A stretch of 64,000 nucleotides of DNA from Eledone cirrhosa (lineage: Eukaryota): positions 323,206,001-323,270,000 of the forward strand of contig OZ024743.1 of the NCBI GenBank assembly GCA_964016885.1, in the 5' to 3' direction. The number at the start of each line of letters is the position of its first letter. Position 1 is the first letter of the stretch. Positions 24,661 to 37,700 of the stretch are shown piece by piece. The position numbers and the translations under genes are program-made. Below the pieces are notes generated by a model, which saw only the letters and a program-made list of their open reading frames with translations, was not told the DNA's origin and ran no database searches.

Positions 24661-24909
24661 TCTAGGGAAGGGGGTAATAGGGAGAAAGATAAGTAGGAAA
24701 TTATAGGAGATTTGGGGGATTTTGCAGGGTAATGATTAAGTGACAAAGGTGGCTGATTAGTGTATGGGGAGAGAGGGATGTGGTGTGGATATAGGTAAGG
24801 AGGGATATATATGTGTGTACATATATATATGTATGAGGGAAAAGCGGACGTAAAATGATGATGATATATATATATTTAATTAGGTTAAATCGATACAGAT
24901 AAAATATAT

Positions 24910-25185
24910 GATAATGAAAATTGTGTACAGTGCTCAGGTGCACAACTCAAAGGTGCATGTATAGTACATAGAAAAATGTACAAATGTCAGGAAAGTGAAC
25001 AATGTATGAGTCATGACACCTGTGTATGGAGGGGGAATATCAGATGTAATGTTGGCAAATTTCGGGAAGTATGGAAGTTTTGAAGAATGCAGTGTCCTGA
25101 CAGCTAACAACTGATGCTAGTAGTTTGTTCCATGCTTCAGCAACTCTGAGGGTGAAAAAATGTTTCTGTAAGTCATGGGTGCTGA
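24910..25185 (-). mobile_element. CR1/L2-clade LINE 3' end
   Basis: KHFFTLRVAEAWNKLLASVVSCQDTAFFKTSI is a typical CR1 ORF2 C-terminus; a second 3'-UTR copy lies at 26862-26972. Confidence 0.8.
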
Positions 25186-25199
25186 TATACCCCCTCCAT

Positions 25200-25345
25200 A
25201 TATACACACACACGATAGGCTTCCACACAATTTTCACCTATGAAATTGTACTCATACAACATTGTTTAAGCCATGTCTATGGTAGAAGACAGGGATTGAA
25301 CCTAGAACCACAGGGTTGCAAATCAATTTCATACTTTCACAACTA
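25200..25345 (-). mobile_element. Degenerate tRNA-SINE (29654 family)
   Basis: ataggcttccacaca...ctatggtagaagac...gggattgaacctagaaccaca. Confidence 0.55.
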
Positions 25346-25599
25346 TTAATATTTCATCACCCCAACTATACACTGGCACCACCACACTACCACCACCATC
25401 GTCATCACCACACACCACCACTACCACTGCAACACCACTCCTACACCACCACCACCACTAGGACTACTTCTGCTGCTATGTGTGAACTATAAAGATTTGA
25501 TTGAATGTGTCAACAATTTTTGAAGTATTGATTTTTTTTTTTTGTTTGCTTTTCTTGGTAATAATATTGATTTCTTTTTGTTTGTTTTATTCATTGTAG

Positions 25600-25810
25600 A
25601 AAGATATATATATATATACACACATATACATATATGTGTGTGTGTATATATATATATGATGATGAATGTGTGTGTATATACCATATGTATATATACTTTT
25701 CAACTATATATATGTATGTAACAAGTAAACAAATAACAAAGCAAACGACGCACATGCACACACACACACACACATAGATATATTAAACAATGATGATGAT
25801 GATATATAGA
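25600..25810. repeat. (AT)n/(GT)n/(CA)n microsatellite cluster
   Basis: Visible dinucleotide runs and a (GAT)n tail remnant. Confidence 0.85.
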
Positions 25811-25976
25811 AAGATATTAAAATTACTGGTTGGAGGAAATGGAGGGGTATTAATATAGTTTACTTATCTATTGTCCTGATAATATATTGTGTATATAAGT
25901 TGTGTTAACAAGCTGGCACATGTCATCTACGAAATTAACTGTAGCCTATCATCTATTGCATTTTACCGCCATCATG

Positions 25977-26065
25977 GTAGTGGTATAAAAGTGACATTTA
26001 AATGTACACCTGCTTCTATTGTAGTGTTATAAAAGTGACATTAAAATGTACCCCCTGCTTCTATG
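25977..26065. repeat. ~45-bp tandem duplication
   Basis: gtagtg(g/t)tataaaagtgacatt(t/a)aaatgtac(a/c)cctgcttctat occurs twice. Confidence 0.85.
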
Positions 26066-26861
26066 ATACAAAACTGTTGATTTTGAATTGTATACATTTA
26101 TCTAAAAAAAAGTAACTTCCATAATTTTGTGTAAGAACCTTTATTAACATTTATGTGAGCATGTTTGTAATGAAATATATTGCATTTTAATTAATGAAGA
26201 ATTTGGAGAGATTTATTAAAAATATTAATTATTTTACTAAAATAGTATTTGTAACATAACTTAACATATGGTTCTTATATCAGATTATGCTGGAAGATTT
26301 TTATTTAAACAGGAACTCTTAAATAGGAGCCCTTTAAAATAGCTGATTCTGTTTTATCAGACAAGAGGAGTTTGTACCCAACAGTTAAGATATGTTCCAA
26401 AAATCAGCTTAGTAATGAAAAAGTTATTTTACTAAATCCCTCCTATTTTTTAAATTGTTTGAAAATAGGCAGTAACTTCCATTGGAAATATGTTTCCTAT
26501 TTAGGTATTGCTTCACTGTGTTTCCTATAAATTCTCTATTGTAAGATAAAAAGAAAGAGGCCACTAAGTAGTTGCCAGACTGGCTAAAAACTGCAACTAA
26601 ATCTACCTCTAATCACACCCAACAATCTTAAAAGAGAAAGAACTTATTGGATAGTGTAAGTCTTAGAATAGTAGTTATTTCTAAAAATAGCCATAGCTGG
26701 AACACATTTAATTGTAAGTCAGGTTTTCAACAACAATGATGTTTGAGTTTGTAATGTAGAATTTGAAAATGATAAATTGCAAACTCAAATGTGTGGGGAA
26801 CACATTAAAATACTTAGGGACTTGTTTGGTTTCAGGGATACCTTGTTATTGTTAAAAAAAG

Positions 26862-26972
26862 TGAAAATTATTGTGTACAGTGCTCAGGTGCACTACAACT
26901 CATCAGAGGTGCATGTATAGTGCATAGAATAATGTATAAATGTTAGGAAAGTGAACAGTGTATGAGTCATGA
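26862..26972 (-). mobile_element. CR1 3'-UTR fragment
   Basis: ttgtgtacagtgctcaggtgcac...aggaaagtgaaca.tgtatgagtcatga shared with 24916-25016. Confidence 0.8.
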
Positions 26973-27540
26973 TATACACACATACATTTGTTGTCTCAAG
27001 CAACCCTATAATCAAGGACATACCAGCCACGACCATTCCATCTTTTTCAGGTTTTGTGTACCTTTGATTATATTATCCAGTGTGTCTTTACTGTAGATAG
27101 AACTATAAAAGCTAAAAGACAGGCCTAGAAATACTGAAATGAAAACATCAATAACTAACACCAACTAGGTAGGAAAGAAGATAGGTGTTAGGTTTATGCT
27201 GCACAGAGAGAAGCTGAAAGCAAGAGGTTTACCTATGTTCTGCGATGAGAAAATCAAAGGCATTCAATGTTCTGGATTATAAAGCAATGTGGTGCTGTGA
27301 ATCAAGATGGTGGGGGAATATGTTAGAAATTACACTAGTGGATATAGTCTCACTCATGCTCAGAAGAAAGAACCTTGGAAATGTTACTATGAGATTGATG
27401 AATGTAGAGAACAAGTAGGAAGAAAAGAGATCAGCTATCAAAGTTGACAATTACATAGTCAAAATTGCCTTTGAGAACATGATAAACGAAAGTTGCTGGA
27501 CCATCAGAGATACTGAGATGATGAAAATATTTAGTGAAGT

Positions 27541-27836
27541 AGAATTCTAGCTAGTTACTCACATACTCAGGTAAAATGTGATGGTATCATTCACAGTAAC
27601 TGGTTCAATACTAGTTAACCAGGTAAAATGTGATGGTATCATAGTTCTAACAAGTTACTCACATAGTCAGGTAAAATGTGATGGCATCATAGTTCTGGCT
27701 AGTTACTTACATAGTCAAACTGGTACAATGTGATGGTATCATAGTTCTAGCTAGTTACTTACATAGGTACAATGTGATGGTATCATAATTCTAGCTAGTT
27801 AGTTAAATAATCAGGTTCAGTGTGATGGTATCATAA
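27541..27836. repeat. ~48-bp degenerate minisatellite, ~6 copies
   Basis: Recurring caggta(a/c)aatgtgatggtatcatagttctagctagttact. Confidence 0.88.
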
Positions 27837-27859
27837 CAGAAGCTGGTGCAATACTTTAA

Positions 27860-28940
27860 TCATTAATTACAGAGGCATCAAAGTGATGGATTTAGTGATG
27901 AAAGTAACAGAAAGTAACAGCACAACTAATTAGGGAAAATAATCAAATTAGATGAGATGCAATTTGGTTTTGTGCCAGGACAAGTACCACTGTTGCCATA
28001 TTCTAGTGAAACAACTACAAAAAGAAAATGTTAAGCTAAATGTAGGCTGCTAATATTTAATTTTAGTTGATCTGGAAGCGACTTTTGACAGAGTACCACT
28101 ATCTGTTATCTTGTCTTTAAGAACATTTAGAGTAGATGAAAGGTTCATAAGAGTGATGCAATCCATGTACAATGATGTTGTCAGCAAAGTAAGTTTAGGC
28201 AATGAGTTTAGTGAGGAATTGAATATACAGTTCATCAAGGATTGGTCATTTGTCCACTGCTGTTAATTATAGTTTTCTGGGTCATAACAGAATTTAAAAA
28301 TGGATGTCCTAACGAACCCCTATATGTTAATAACCTAGTACTTATGGCTGTGTCTGAGGAAGATTTAGAGAAGAAATTCTAGACTTGGAAACAGAACCTA
28401 GAATCAAAAGGCCTAAGAAAAGACAGGATCATACTGTCATTAGGGATATGACCATGTTCAGTTTGCAAAAAAGGAGTTGACAGAAACTCCATACTGTGTA
28501 CCATGTGCAAACTTGGTGCATAAGAGGTGTAGCAGGATCAGAGGCAGGCAAACAGAGAAAAGCGACTTTGTAGTTAGTAGTAAGAACTATTTTCGATCCA
28601 AGGAAAGCACCATAGATGTAGCTGGTAACTCCAAAAGCATACAAGCCAGATTAAGAACAGGGTGGAAAAGGTTAAGAGAACTATTATCTCAAATTACAGC
28701 TAAGGGACTCTTTCTGTGAATGAAGGATAGGTTGTATGATGCCTGCATGATGTTAGAAGATAGTGTGTCATGTACATTGAACACATGATGTGCAAAGGAA
28801 AGAAATGGAACAAGCATGCTTTGATTGAACTTCAGTATGCATGAACAACAAAGCACCAATGATTTGAATGAATAACTGAGTTATGAAATGCAATGTGCAA
28901 AAAAGATTACACTGGTACAGACATATGTATATGGATGATG
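27860..28940 (+). pseudogene. Old, heavily decayed RTE reverse transcriptase fragment of the same lineage
   Basis: NYRGIKVMDLVMKVTE, LDEMQFGFVPG, VDLEATFDRVP, PCSVCKKGVDRNSILCTMCK, ARLRTGWKRLRELL. Confidence 0.88.
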
Positions 28941-29172
28941 ATCATTCTTCATGTTTTGTTTTAATCAATAGAGCTCTTGAAAATATTTAGTTCTCTAGGT
29001 TTCCCCACTATTATTAAGTACATGTGGAATATTGGCATCATATATAATCTAGCAAAGGTTATTCTTGTGTTTTGATATTGTTCCAAAAATTTATCAATAA
29101 AATGAATAACGCCGTTTTTGTTTTCTTTTTTCTTTTTCGTCTTATTTTCATATTTGATTTTAACCAATAAAG

Positions 29173-29486
29173 CCCCTTAAAAAATTCAGTTATCTGTAAA
29201 AGTTACCTAACTGTGGATGGTTGTAAGGGCTGTAGTAATTCAGTTCAATATTTGGAACATGTACAGGCACAAATAAGTTTAACATACAGTCGAAGAGGTG
29301 ACCTTAAAATTATGTTGACATCACCAAATGGCACACGCTCTGTACTGCTTCCACCTCGGCCAAATGACCTTATTTCAACAACTTTTGAGAATTGGCCTTT
29401 TCTCTCAGTCCACTTTTGGGGAGAAAATGCTGTTGGTCAGTGGTTGTTGGAAATTGAAGATGTATCAAACCACCACTCCAGTACAG
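29173..29486 (+). CDS. furin: Furin/PC5-like convertase exon, P domain
   Basis: aataaag|C CCC TTA...ACA G|gtaact; 314 nt, phase 2-1; PLKNSVICKSYLTVDGCKGCSNSVQYLEHVQAQISLTYSRRGDLKIMLTSPNGTRSVLLPPRPND...WPFLSVHFWGENAVGQWLLEIED. The acceptor was chosen by phase fit and by length relative to furin/PC5, so the 5' boundary is less certain. Confidence 0.92.
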
Positions 29487-29653
29487 GTAACTATTTCTTT
29501 ATTTTGCATGTTTTGTATCAGTTGTTGAAATACATAATGTGTTTATTTTATACTTTTTTTTATTTTAAATTATTTGAATTACAAACGATATTTTCACAGC
29601 AGTTTCTATTAAAGATGTTGAAAATATAATCTTTAACTTTATGTAACAAGTTC

Positions 29654-29980
29654 AGGCCTAGCTGTGGGTTAATAAGTTTGCTTTACAACCAAATGGCCTT
29701 TGGTTCTATCCCACTGTATGGAACTTTGCTAGATTTAATCACAAAACTTGTTTACCTGAAGCTGCAGAAATTTATACAAACAGAAACTGTAAGAAAGCAC
29801 TATGTATGTGTGTTTTTTCTTTGTGTTCCATGTAAACAGTGGTTCTGCTGGCCATTGATGAGATATACTTTATATATAAAAAAACAAGTGAGTGCTGGCA
29901 TCAGAAAAGGCAACTAGCCATAACATTCTGCTACAAAAAGTCTTATTCATGGAAGCATGGAAAAATATATGTAAAACAGA
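29654..29980 (+). mobile_element. Degenerate tRNA-SINE with RTE-like 3' end
   Basis: Head tagctgtgggttaataag...ggttctatccc; tail gcatggaaaaatatatgtaaaac. Confidence 0.6.
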
Positions 29981-30651
29981 TTTTGTAATAGATGCTGTAC
30001 GTATCCAATTTAGAATAGGTACACTGTGTCCTTGTGTCGTAAGAGGCAACTAAGTATTGGTGCCAGAAAAGGCATCCAGTTGTAAAACATTACCATAGAA
30101 AGGCCCCCAAGATGAGTATAAGGTCATTGGGCCAGCAAGGTTTATCCCTCACATTAGCATGGAAACACTTAATGGTTATTTTTGATATAAGGAGATAAGG
30201 AAAACTAGGCAAAATGTTCAGTTAAGGGTTAAAAAAATAATTGTAGGTAGGAGTGAGGGGGGGGGGGGCATTGAATCAGAGGAAGCAGCAGTAGAAGAGA
30301 CAACTCAGGAGTGGGCCAAATATTGTAGACTATTTGTGAATTAGGAAGATATCTTTTCTTCATGTACTCTCAAAAGAGAACCAACGTTTGGTATATACAA
30401 AGGGCATCCAGTTATAGAAAACTTGTCAAACAAAGACCCGAGGGGATTCTTCAGCTGTATCAAAGACATAACAACCTTCTTAGTACTGGGGCCATGATAA
30501 AATGCACCTGATATATGCTGTAGAGTACAGGAATGTATGTAAGAAAGATGCTGGTCCTTGGCAAGTCTGAAATCTGTAGCTTTGTTTAAATACTGACAGG
30601 GTCTGTCATGCCTTATCCAACTCTTGCTAGCAAAGAAAACAGACATTAGAT

Positions 30652-30766
30652 GATAATTGTTTCTACTTTTGGCACAAGGCCAGCAATTATCCCAGTGCAT
30701 TACTGGTACTTTATTTTATCGACCCCCGTAAGGATGAAAAGCAAAATTAACCTTGGCGGGATTTGA
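30652..30766 (-). mobile_element. Truncated SINE (2701/14827 family)
   Basis: ataattgtttctacttttggcacaaggccagcaa...gtaaggatgaa, near-identical to 2705-2815. Confidence 0.88.
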
Positions 30767-31099
30767 TATATTTGGTTTATGGATGTGCCAAATAACCAAG
30801 TCAATAAGCTATTGTAGGACTGCAAGACAAATGGCTGAAGAATTGTTTCATAAGCAACATCCTGTCAATGGTAATATGTTAAATACATAGCTATAACATG
30901 CTTATATATATCTAGCTCCACATAGGACCACAAGGTAGTGTTACTGACAGAAGTGATTTTAGGCCTTTTGATACCAACCTGCCTTATATTTAAGTAGGGT
31001 GCTTTATATTTATCCTTACCTACTCGAAACTAAAATACAATGTAGATTCCTACAAAACCTTATTACCTTCATTTGATCTTTGCCTTCTTCGCCCACATA

Positions 31100-31470
31100 T
31101 TCCTGCAAGGGTTGTGGGGGCAGAGTCCAGAACCAGAAACACTCCATCCAGTGGATCCTATCAAAAGCAACCATCTCCAACTGATCCGGCTGGATCCCCA
31201 AGCGAGACCAGCCCAGCTCATGGATGTTATCCAACCATCTTGCTCAGGGTCTACCCCTCGATCTCCTGCCAGTTGGTTTTGCCAGTAAAATCTGTCCAGC
31301 GATTTTGAGATATTCTAACCACATACCCATAGTATCGGAGCTGAGATCTCTCAATTTGGAGAAGTAGCAGCTCTACATGGAGTTACTCTCCGAGCTATGC
31401 ACTCTATCAAGTAACATTACACCAAAGACCCTTCGGAGGAACCCCTTTTCGGCTGCTTGTATTTGCACTT
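31100..31470 (-). mobile_element. Decayed 3' part of a second RTE (Expander/BovB-like) LINE
   Basis: LLLLQIERSQLRYYGYVVRI and DNIHELGWSRLGI resemble RTE C-termini. Confidence 0.65.
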
Positions 31471-31751
31471 GTATTCTTTTTACCTTGCCAAACATTTTTA
31501 TTTATCTGTTATTTTTTATATCTATTTCACTTTCTTTCTTAAACCTTTGAAATGTTTACTCTCTATTATAGCCATGCTTTAATTTCTAATTTAATTTCCT
31601 CCATGATTCAAGTAAAATTAACCTGAAGGGTCATTCCATAACACTTAATAGAAATTTTCATAACAATTTATGTCACAACCTTATAAATGAGATTAGAAAA
31701 TGTGTTTAAAGATGGAGTCACAAATAGGGAGACCATCTCTTTAATGTTTAG

Positions 31752-34700
31752 ACTGTATACTACCTCACCCCTGACTCCCTTCTGTATATTACCTTACTCC
31801 TTACTCCTGACTCCCTACTGTATATTACCTCACCCCTGACTCCCTACTCTGTTACCTCACCCCTGACTCCCTACTCTATATTACCTCACCCCTGACTCAC
31901 TACTCTATATTACCTTACCCCAGACTCCCTACTGTATGTTTCTTTACCCCTGACTCACTACTGTATATTACCTTACCCCTGACTCCCTACTGTATATTAC
32001 CTCACCCCTGACTCCCTACTGTATATTACCTCACCCTGACTCCCTACTGTATATTACCTCACCCCTGACTCCCTACTCTATATTACCTCACCCCTGACTC
32101 CCTACTCTATATTACCTCACTCCTGACTCCCTACTCTATATTACCTGACCCCGGACTCAATACTCTATATTACCTCACCCCTGACTCCCTACTGTATATT
32201 ACCTCACCCCTGACTCCCTACTGTATATTACCTCACCCCTGACTCCCTACTCTATATTACCTCACCCCTGACTCCCTACTCTATATTACCTCACCCCTGA
32301 CTCCCTACTGTATATTACCTCACTCCTGACTCCCTACTGTATATTACCTCGATCCTGACTCCTTACTGTATATTACCTCACTCCTGATTCCTTACTGTAT
32401 ATTACCTCACTCCTGACACCTTACTGTATATTACCTCACCCCTGACTACCTACTCTATATTACCTCACCCCGTGACTCAATACTCTATATTACCTCACCC
32501 CGTGACTCAATACTCTATATTACCTCACTCCTGACTCAATACTCTATATTACCTTACTCCTGACTCCCTACTGTATATTACCTTACCACTGACTCCCTAC
32601 TGTATGTTACCTTACCACTGACTCCCTACTGTATATTACCTCACCCCTGACTCCCTACTGTATATTACCTCACTCCTGACTCCCTACTGTATATTACCTC
32701 ACTCCTGACTCCCTACTGTATGTTACCTCACTCCTGACTCCCTACTGTATATTACCTCACCCCTGACTCCCTACTGCATATTACCTCACCTCTGACTCCC
32801 TACTACATATTACCTCACCTCTGACTCCCTACTACATATTACCTCAATCCTGACTCCCTACTGTAGATTACCTCACCCCTGACTCCCTACTGTATATTAC
32901 CTCACCCCTGACTCCCTACTGTATATTACCTCACCCCTGACTCCCTACTGTATATTACCTCACCCCTGACGCCCTACTGTATATTACCTCACCCCTGACG
33001 CCCTACTGTATATTACCTCACCCCTGACTTCCTACTGTATATTACCTCACCCCTGACTCCCTACTGTATATTACCTCACCCCTGACTCCCTACTGTATAT
33101 TACCTCACCCCAGATTCCCTACTTTATATTACCTCACTCCTGACTCCTTACTGTATATTACCTCACTCCTGACCCCTTACTGTATATTACCTCACTCCTG
33201 ACTCCTTATTGTATATTACCTCACTCCTGACTCCCTACTGTATATTACCTCACTCCTGACTCCCTACTGTATATTACCTCACTCCTGACTCCCTACTACA
33301 TATTACCTCACCTCTGACTCCCTACTAGATATTACCTCACTCCTGACTCCCTACTGTAGATTACCTCACCCCTGACTCCCTACTGTATATTACCTCACTC
33401 CTGACTACCTACTCTATATTACCTCACTCCTGACTACCTACTCTATATTACCTCACTCCTGACTCCCTACTGTATATTACCTCACTCCTGACTCCCTACT
33501 GTATATTACCTCACTCCTGACTCCCTACTGTATATTACCTCACTACTGACTCCTTACTGTATATTACCTCACTACTGACTCCTTACTGTATATTACCTCA
33601 CTCCTGACTCCTTACTGTATATTACCTCACTCCTGACTCCTTACTGTATATTACCTCACCCCTGACTACCTACTCTATATTACCTCATCCCTGACTCCCT
33701 ACTGTATATTACCTCACCCCTGACTCCCTACTGTATATTAACTCACTCCTGACTCCCTACTGTATATTACCTCACTCCTGACTCCTGACTGTATATTACC
33801 TCACCCCTGACTCCCTACTGTATATTACCTCACCCCTGACTCCCTACTGTATATTACCTCACCCCTGACTCCCTACTGCATGTTACCCTCACCTCTGACT
33901 CCCTACTGCATGTTACCTCACCTCTGACTCCCTACTCCTTATTACCTCACTCCTGACACCCTACTGTATATTACCTCACCCCTGACTCCCTACTGTATAT
34001 TACCTCGCCCCTGACTCCCTACTGTATATTACCTCGCCCCTGACTCCCTACTGTATATTACCTCACCTCTGACGCACTACTGTATATAACCTCACCCCTC
34101 ACTCCCTACTCCCTACTGTATATTACCTCACCCCTCACTCCCTACTGTATATTACCTCACCCCTCACTCCCTACTGTATATTACCTCACCCCTCACTCCC
34201 TACTGTATATTACCTCACCCCTGACTTCCTACTGTATATTACCTCACCCCTGACTCCCTACTGTATATTACCTCACCCCTGACTCCTTACTGTATATTAC
34301 CTCACTCGTGACTCCTTACTGTATATTACCTCACTCTTGACTCCTTATTGTATATTACCTCACTCCTGACTCCCTACTGTATATTACCTCACTCCTGACT
34401 CCCTACTGTATATTACCTCAATCCTGATTCCCTACTGTATATTACCTCACCCCTGACTCAATACTCTATATTACCTCACTCCTGACTCCCTACTGTATAT
34501 TACCTCACTCCTGACTCCCTACTGTATATTACCTCACCCCTGACTCCCTACTGTATATTACCTCACCCCTGACTACCTACTCTATATTACCTCACTCCTG
34601 ACTCCCTACTGTATATTACCTCACTCCTGACCCCTTACTGTATATTACCTCACTCCTGACTCCTTATTGTATATTACCTCACTCCTGACTCCCTACTGTA

Positions 34701-37700
34701 TATTACCTCACTCCTGACTCCCTACTGTATATTACCTCAATCCTGATTCCCTACTGTATATTACCTCACCCCTGACTCAATACTCTATATTACCTCACTC
34801 CTGACTCCCTACTGTATATTACCTCACCCCTGACTCCCTACTGTATATTACCTCACCCCTGACTCCTTACTGTATATTACCTCACTCGTGACTCCTTACT
34901 GTATATTACTTCACTCCTGACTCCTTATTGTATATTACCTCACTCCTGACTCCCTACTGTATATTACCTCACTCCTGACTCCCTACTGTATATTACCTCA
35001 ATCCTGATTCCCTACTGTATATTACCTCACCCCTGACTCAATACTCTATATTACCTCACTCCTGACTCCCTACTGTATATTACCTCACTCCTGACTCCCT
35101 ACTGTATATTACCTCACCCCTGACGCCCTACTGTATATTACCTCACCCCTCACTCCCTACTCCCTACTGTATATTACCTCACCCCTCACTCCCTACTGTA
35201 TATTACCTCACCCCTCACTCCCTACTGTATATTACCTGACCCCTGATTTCCTACTGTATATTACCTAACCCCTGACTCCCTACTGTATATTACCTCACTC
35301 CTAACCCCTTATTGTATATCACCTCACTCCTGACTCCCTACTGTATATTACCTCACTCCTGACTCCCTACTGTATATTACCTCACTCCTGACTCCCTACT
35401 GTATATTACCTCACTCCTGACTCCCTACTGTATATTACCTCACTCCTGACTCCCTACTGTATATTACCTCACCCCTGACTCCCTACTGTATATTACCTCA
35501 CCCCTGACTACCTACTCTATATTACCTCACTCCTGACTCCCTACTGTATATTACCTCACTCCTGACTCCCTACTATATATTACCTCACTCCTGACTCCTT
35601 ACTGTATATTACCTCACCCCTGACCTCCTACTGTATATTACCTCACTCCTGACTCCTTACTGTATATTACCTCACTCCTGACTCCTTACTGTATATTCCC
35701 TCACCCCTGACTACCTACTCTATATTACCTCAGCCTGTGACTCCCTACTGTATATTACCTCACCCCTGACTTCCTACTGTATATTAACTCGCCCCTGACT
35801 TCCTACTGTATATTACCTCACCCCTGACTCCCTACTGTATATTACCTCACTTCTGACTCCCTACTATATATTACCTCACTCCTGATTCCTTACTGTATAT
35901 TACCTCACTCCTGATTCCTTACTGTATATTACCTCACTCCTGACTGCTTACTGTATATTACCTCACTCCTGACTGCTTACTGTATATTACCTCACTCCTG
36001 ACTCCTTACTGTATATTACCTCACTCCTGACTCCTTACTGTATATTACCTCACCCCTGACTCCCTACTGTATATTACCTCACCCCTGACTACCTACTCTA
36101 TATTACCTCACCCCGTGACTCAATACTCTATATTACCTAACTCCTGACTCAATACTCTATATTACCTTACTCCTGACTCAATACTCTATATTACCTTACT
36201 CCTGACTCCCTACTGTATATTACCTTACCACTGACTCCCTACTGTATATTACCTTACCACTGACTCCCTACTGTATATTACCACACTCCTGACTCCCTAC
36301 TGTATATTACCTCACTCCTGACTCCCTACTGTATATTACCTCAATCCTGATTCCCTACTGTATATTAACTCACTCCTGACTCCCTACTGTATATTACCTC
36401 ACCCCTGACTCCCTACTGTATATTACCTCACTCCTGGCTCCCTACTGTATATTACCTCACTCCTGACTCCCTACTGTATATTACCTCACTCCTGACTCCC
36501 CACTGTATATTACCTCACTCCTGACTCCCTACTGTATATTACCTCACTCCTGACTCCCTACTGTATATTACCTCACTCCTGACTCCCTACTGTATATTAC
36601 CTCACTCCTGACTCCCTACTGTATATTACCTCACTCCTGACTCCCTACTGTATATTACCTCCCCCTGACTCCTTACTGTATATTACCTTACCTTTGACTC
36701 CCTACTGTATATTACCTCACCCCTGACTCCCTACTCTATATTACCTTACTCCTGCCTCCCTGCTGTATATTACCTTACTCCTGCCTCCCTGCTGTATATT
36801 ACCTTACCACTGACTCCCTACTCTATATTACCTCAGCCCTGACTCCCTACTCTATATTACCTCAGCCCTGACTCCCTACTGTATATTACCTCAGCCCTGA
36901 CTCCCTACTGTATATTACCTCACCCCTGACTCCCTACTGCATATTACCTCACCTCTGACTCCCTACTACATATTACCTCACTCTACCGTATATTACCTCA
37001 CCCCTGACTCCCTACTGTATATTACCTCACCCCTGACTCCCTACTGTATATTACCTCACCGCTGACGCCCTGCTGTATATTACCTCACCCTTGACTCCCT
37101 ACTGTATATTACCTCACCCCTGACTCCCTACTTTATATTACCTCACTCCTGACTCCTTACTGTATATTACCTCACTCCTGACTCCTTACTGTATATTACC
37201 TCACTCCTGACTCCTTACTGTATATTACCTCACTCCTGACTCCTTACTGGATATTACTTCACTCCTGACTCCTTATTGTATATTACCTCACTCCTGACTC
37301 CCTACTGTATATTACCTCACTCCTGACTCCCTACTGTATATTACCTCACCCCTGACTCAATACTCTATATTACCTCACTCCTGACTCCCTACTGTATATT
37401 ACCTCAATCCTGATTCCCTACTGTATATTACCTCACCCCTGACTCAATACTCTATATTACCTCACTCCTGACTCCCTACTGTATATTACCTCACTCCTGA
37501 CTCCCTTCTGTATATTACCTCACCCCTGACTCAATACTCTATATTACGTCACTCCTGACTACCTACTCTATATTACCTCACTCCTGACTCCCTACTCTAT
37601 ATTACCTCACTCCTGACTCCCTACTGTATATTACCTCACTCCTGACTCCCTACTGTATATTACCTCACCCCTGACTCCCTACTGCATATTACCTCACCTC

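Noticed and set aside
29185-29190. ttcag as the acceptor of the P-domain exon
   Set aside because: It gives phase 1, incompatible with the phase-2 end of the previous exon; the AG at 29171-29172 fits phase and length.
29487-29629. Hydrophobic C-terminal extension of ORF 29213-29629 as a transmembrane tail
   Set aside because: It is read-through past a G|gtaact donor into T-rich intron, and the P domain is still incomplete at that point.
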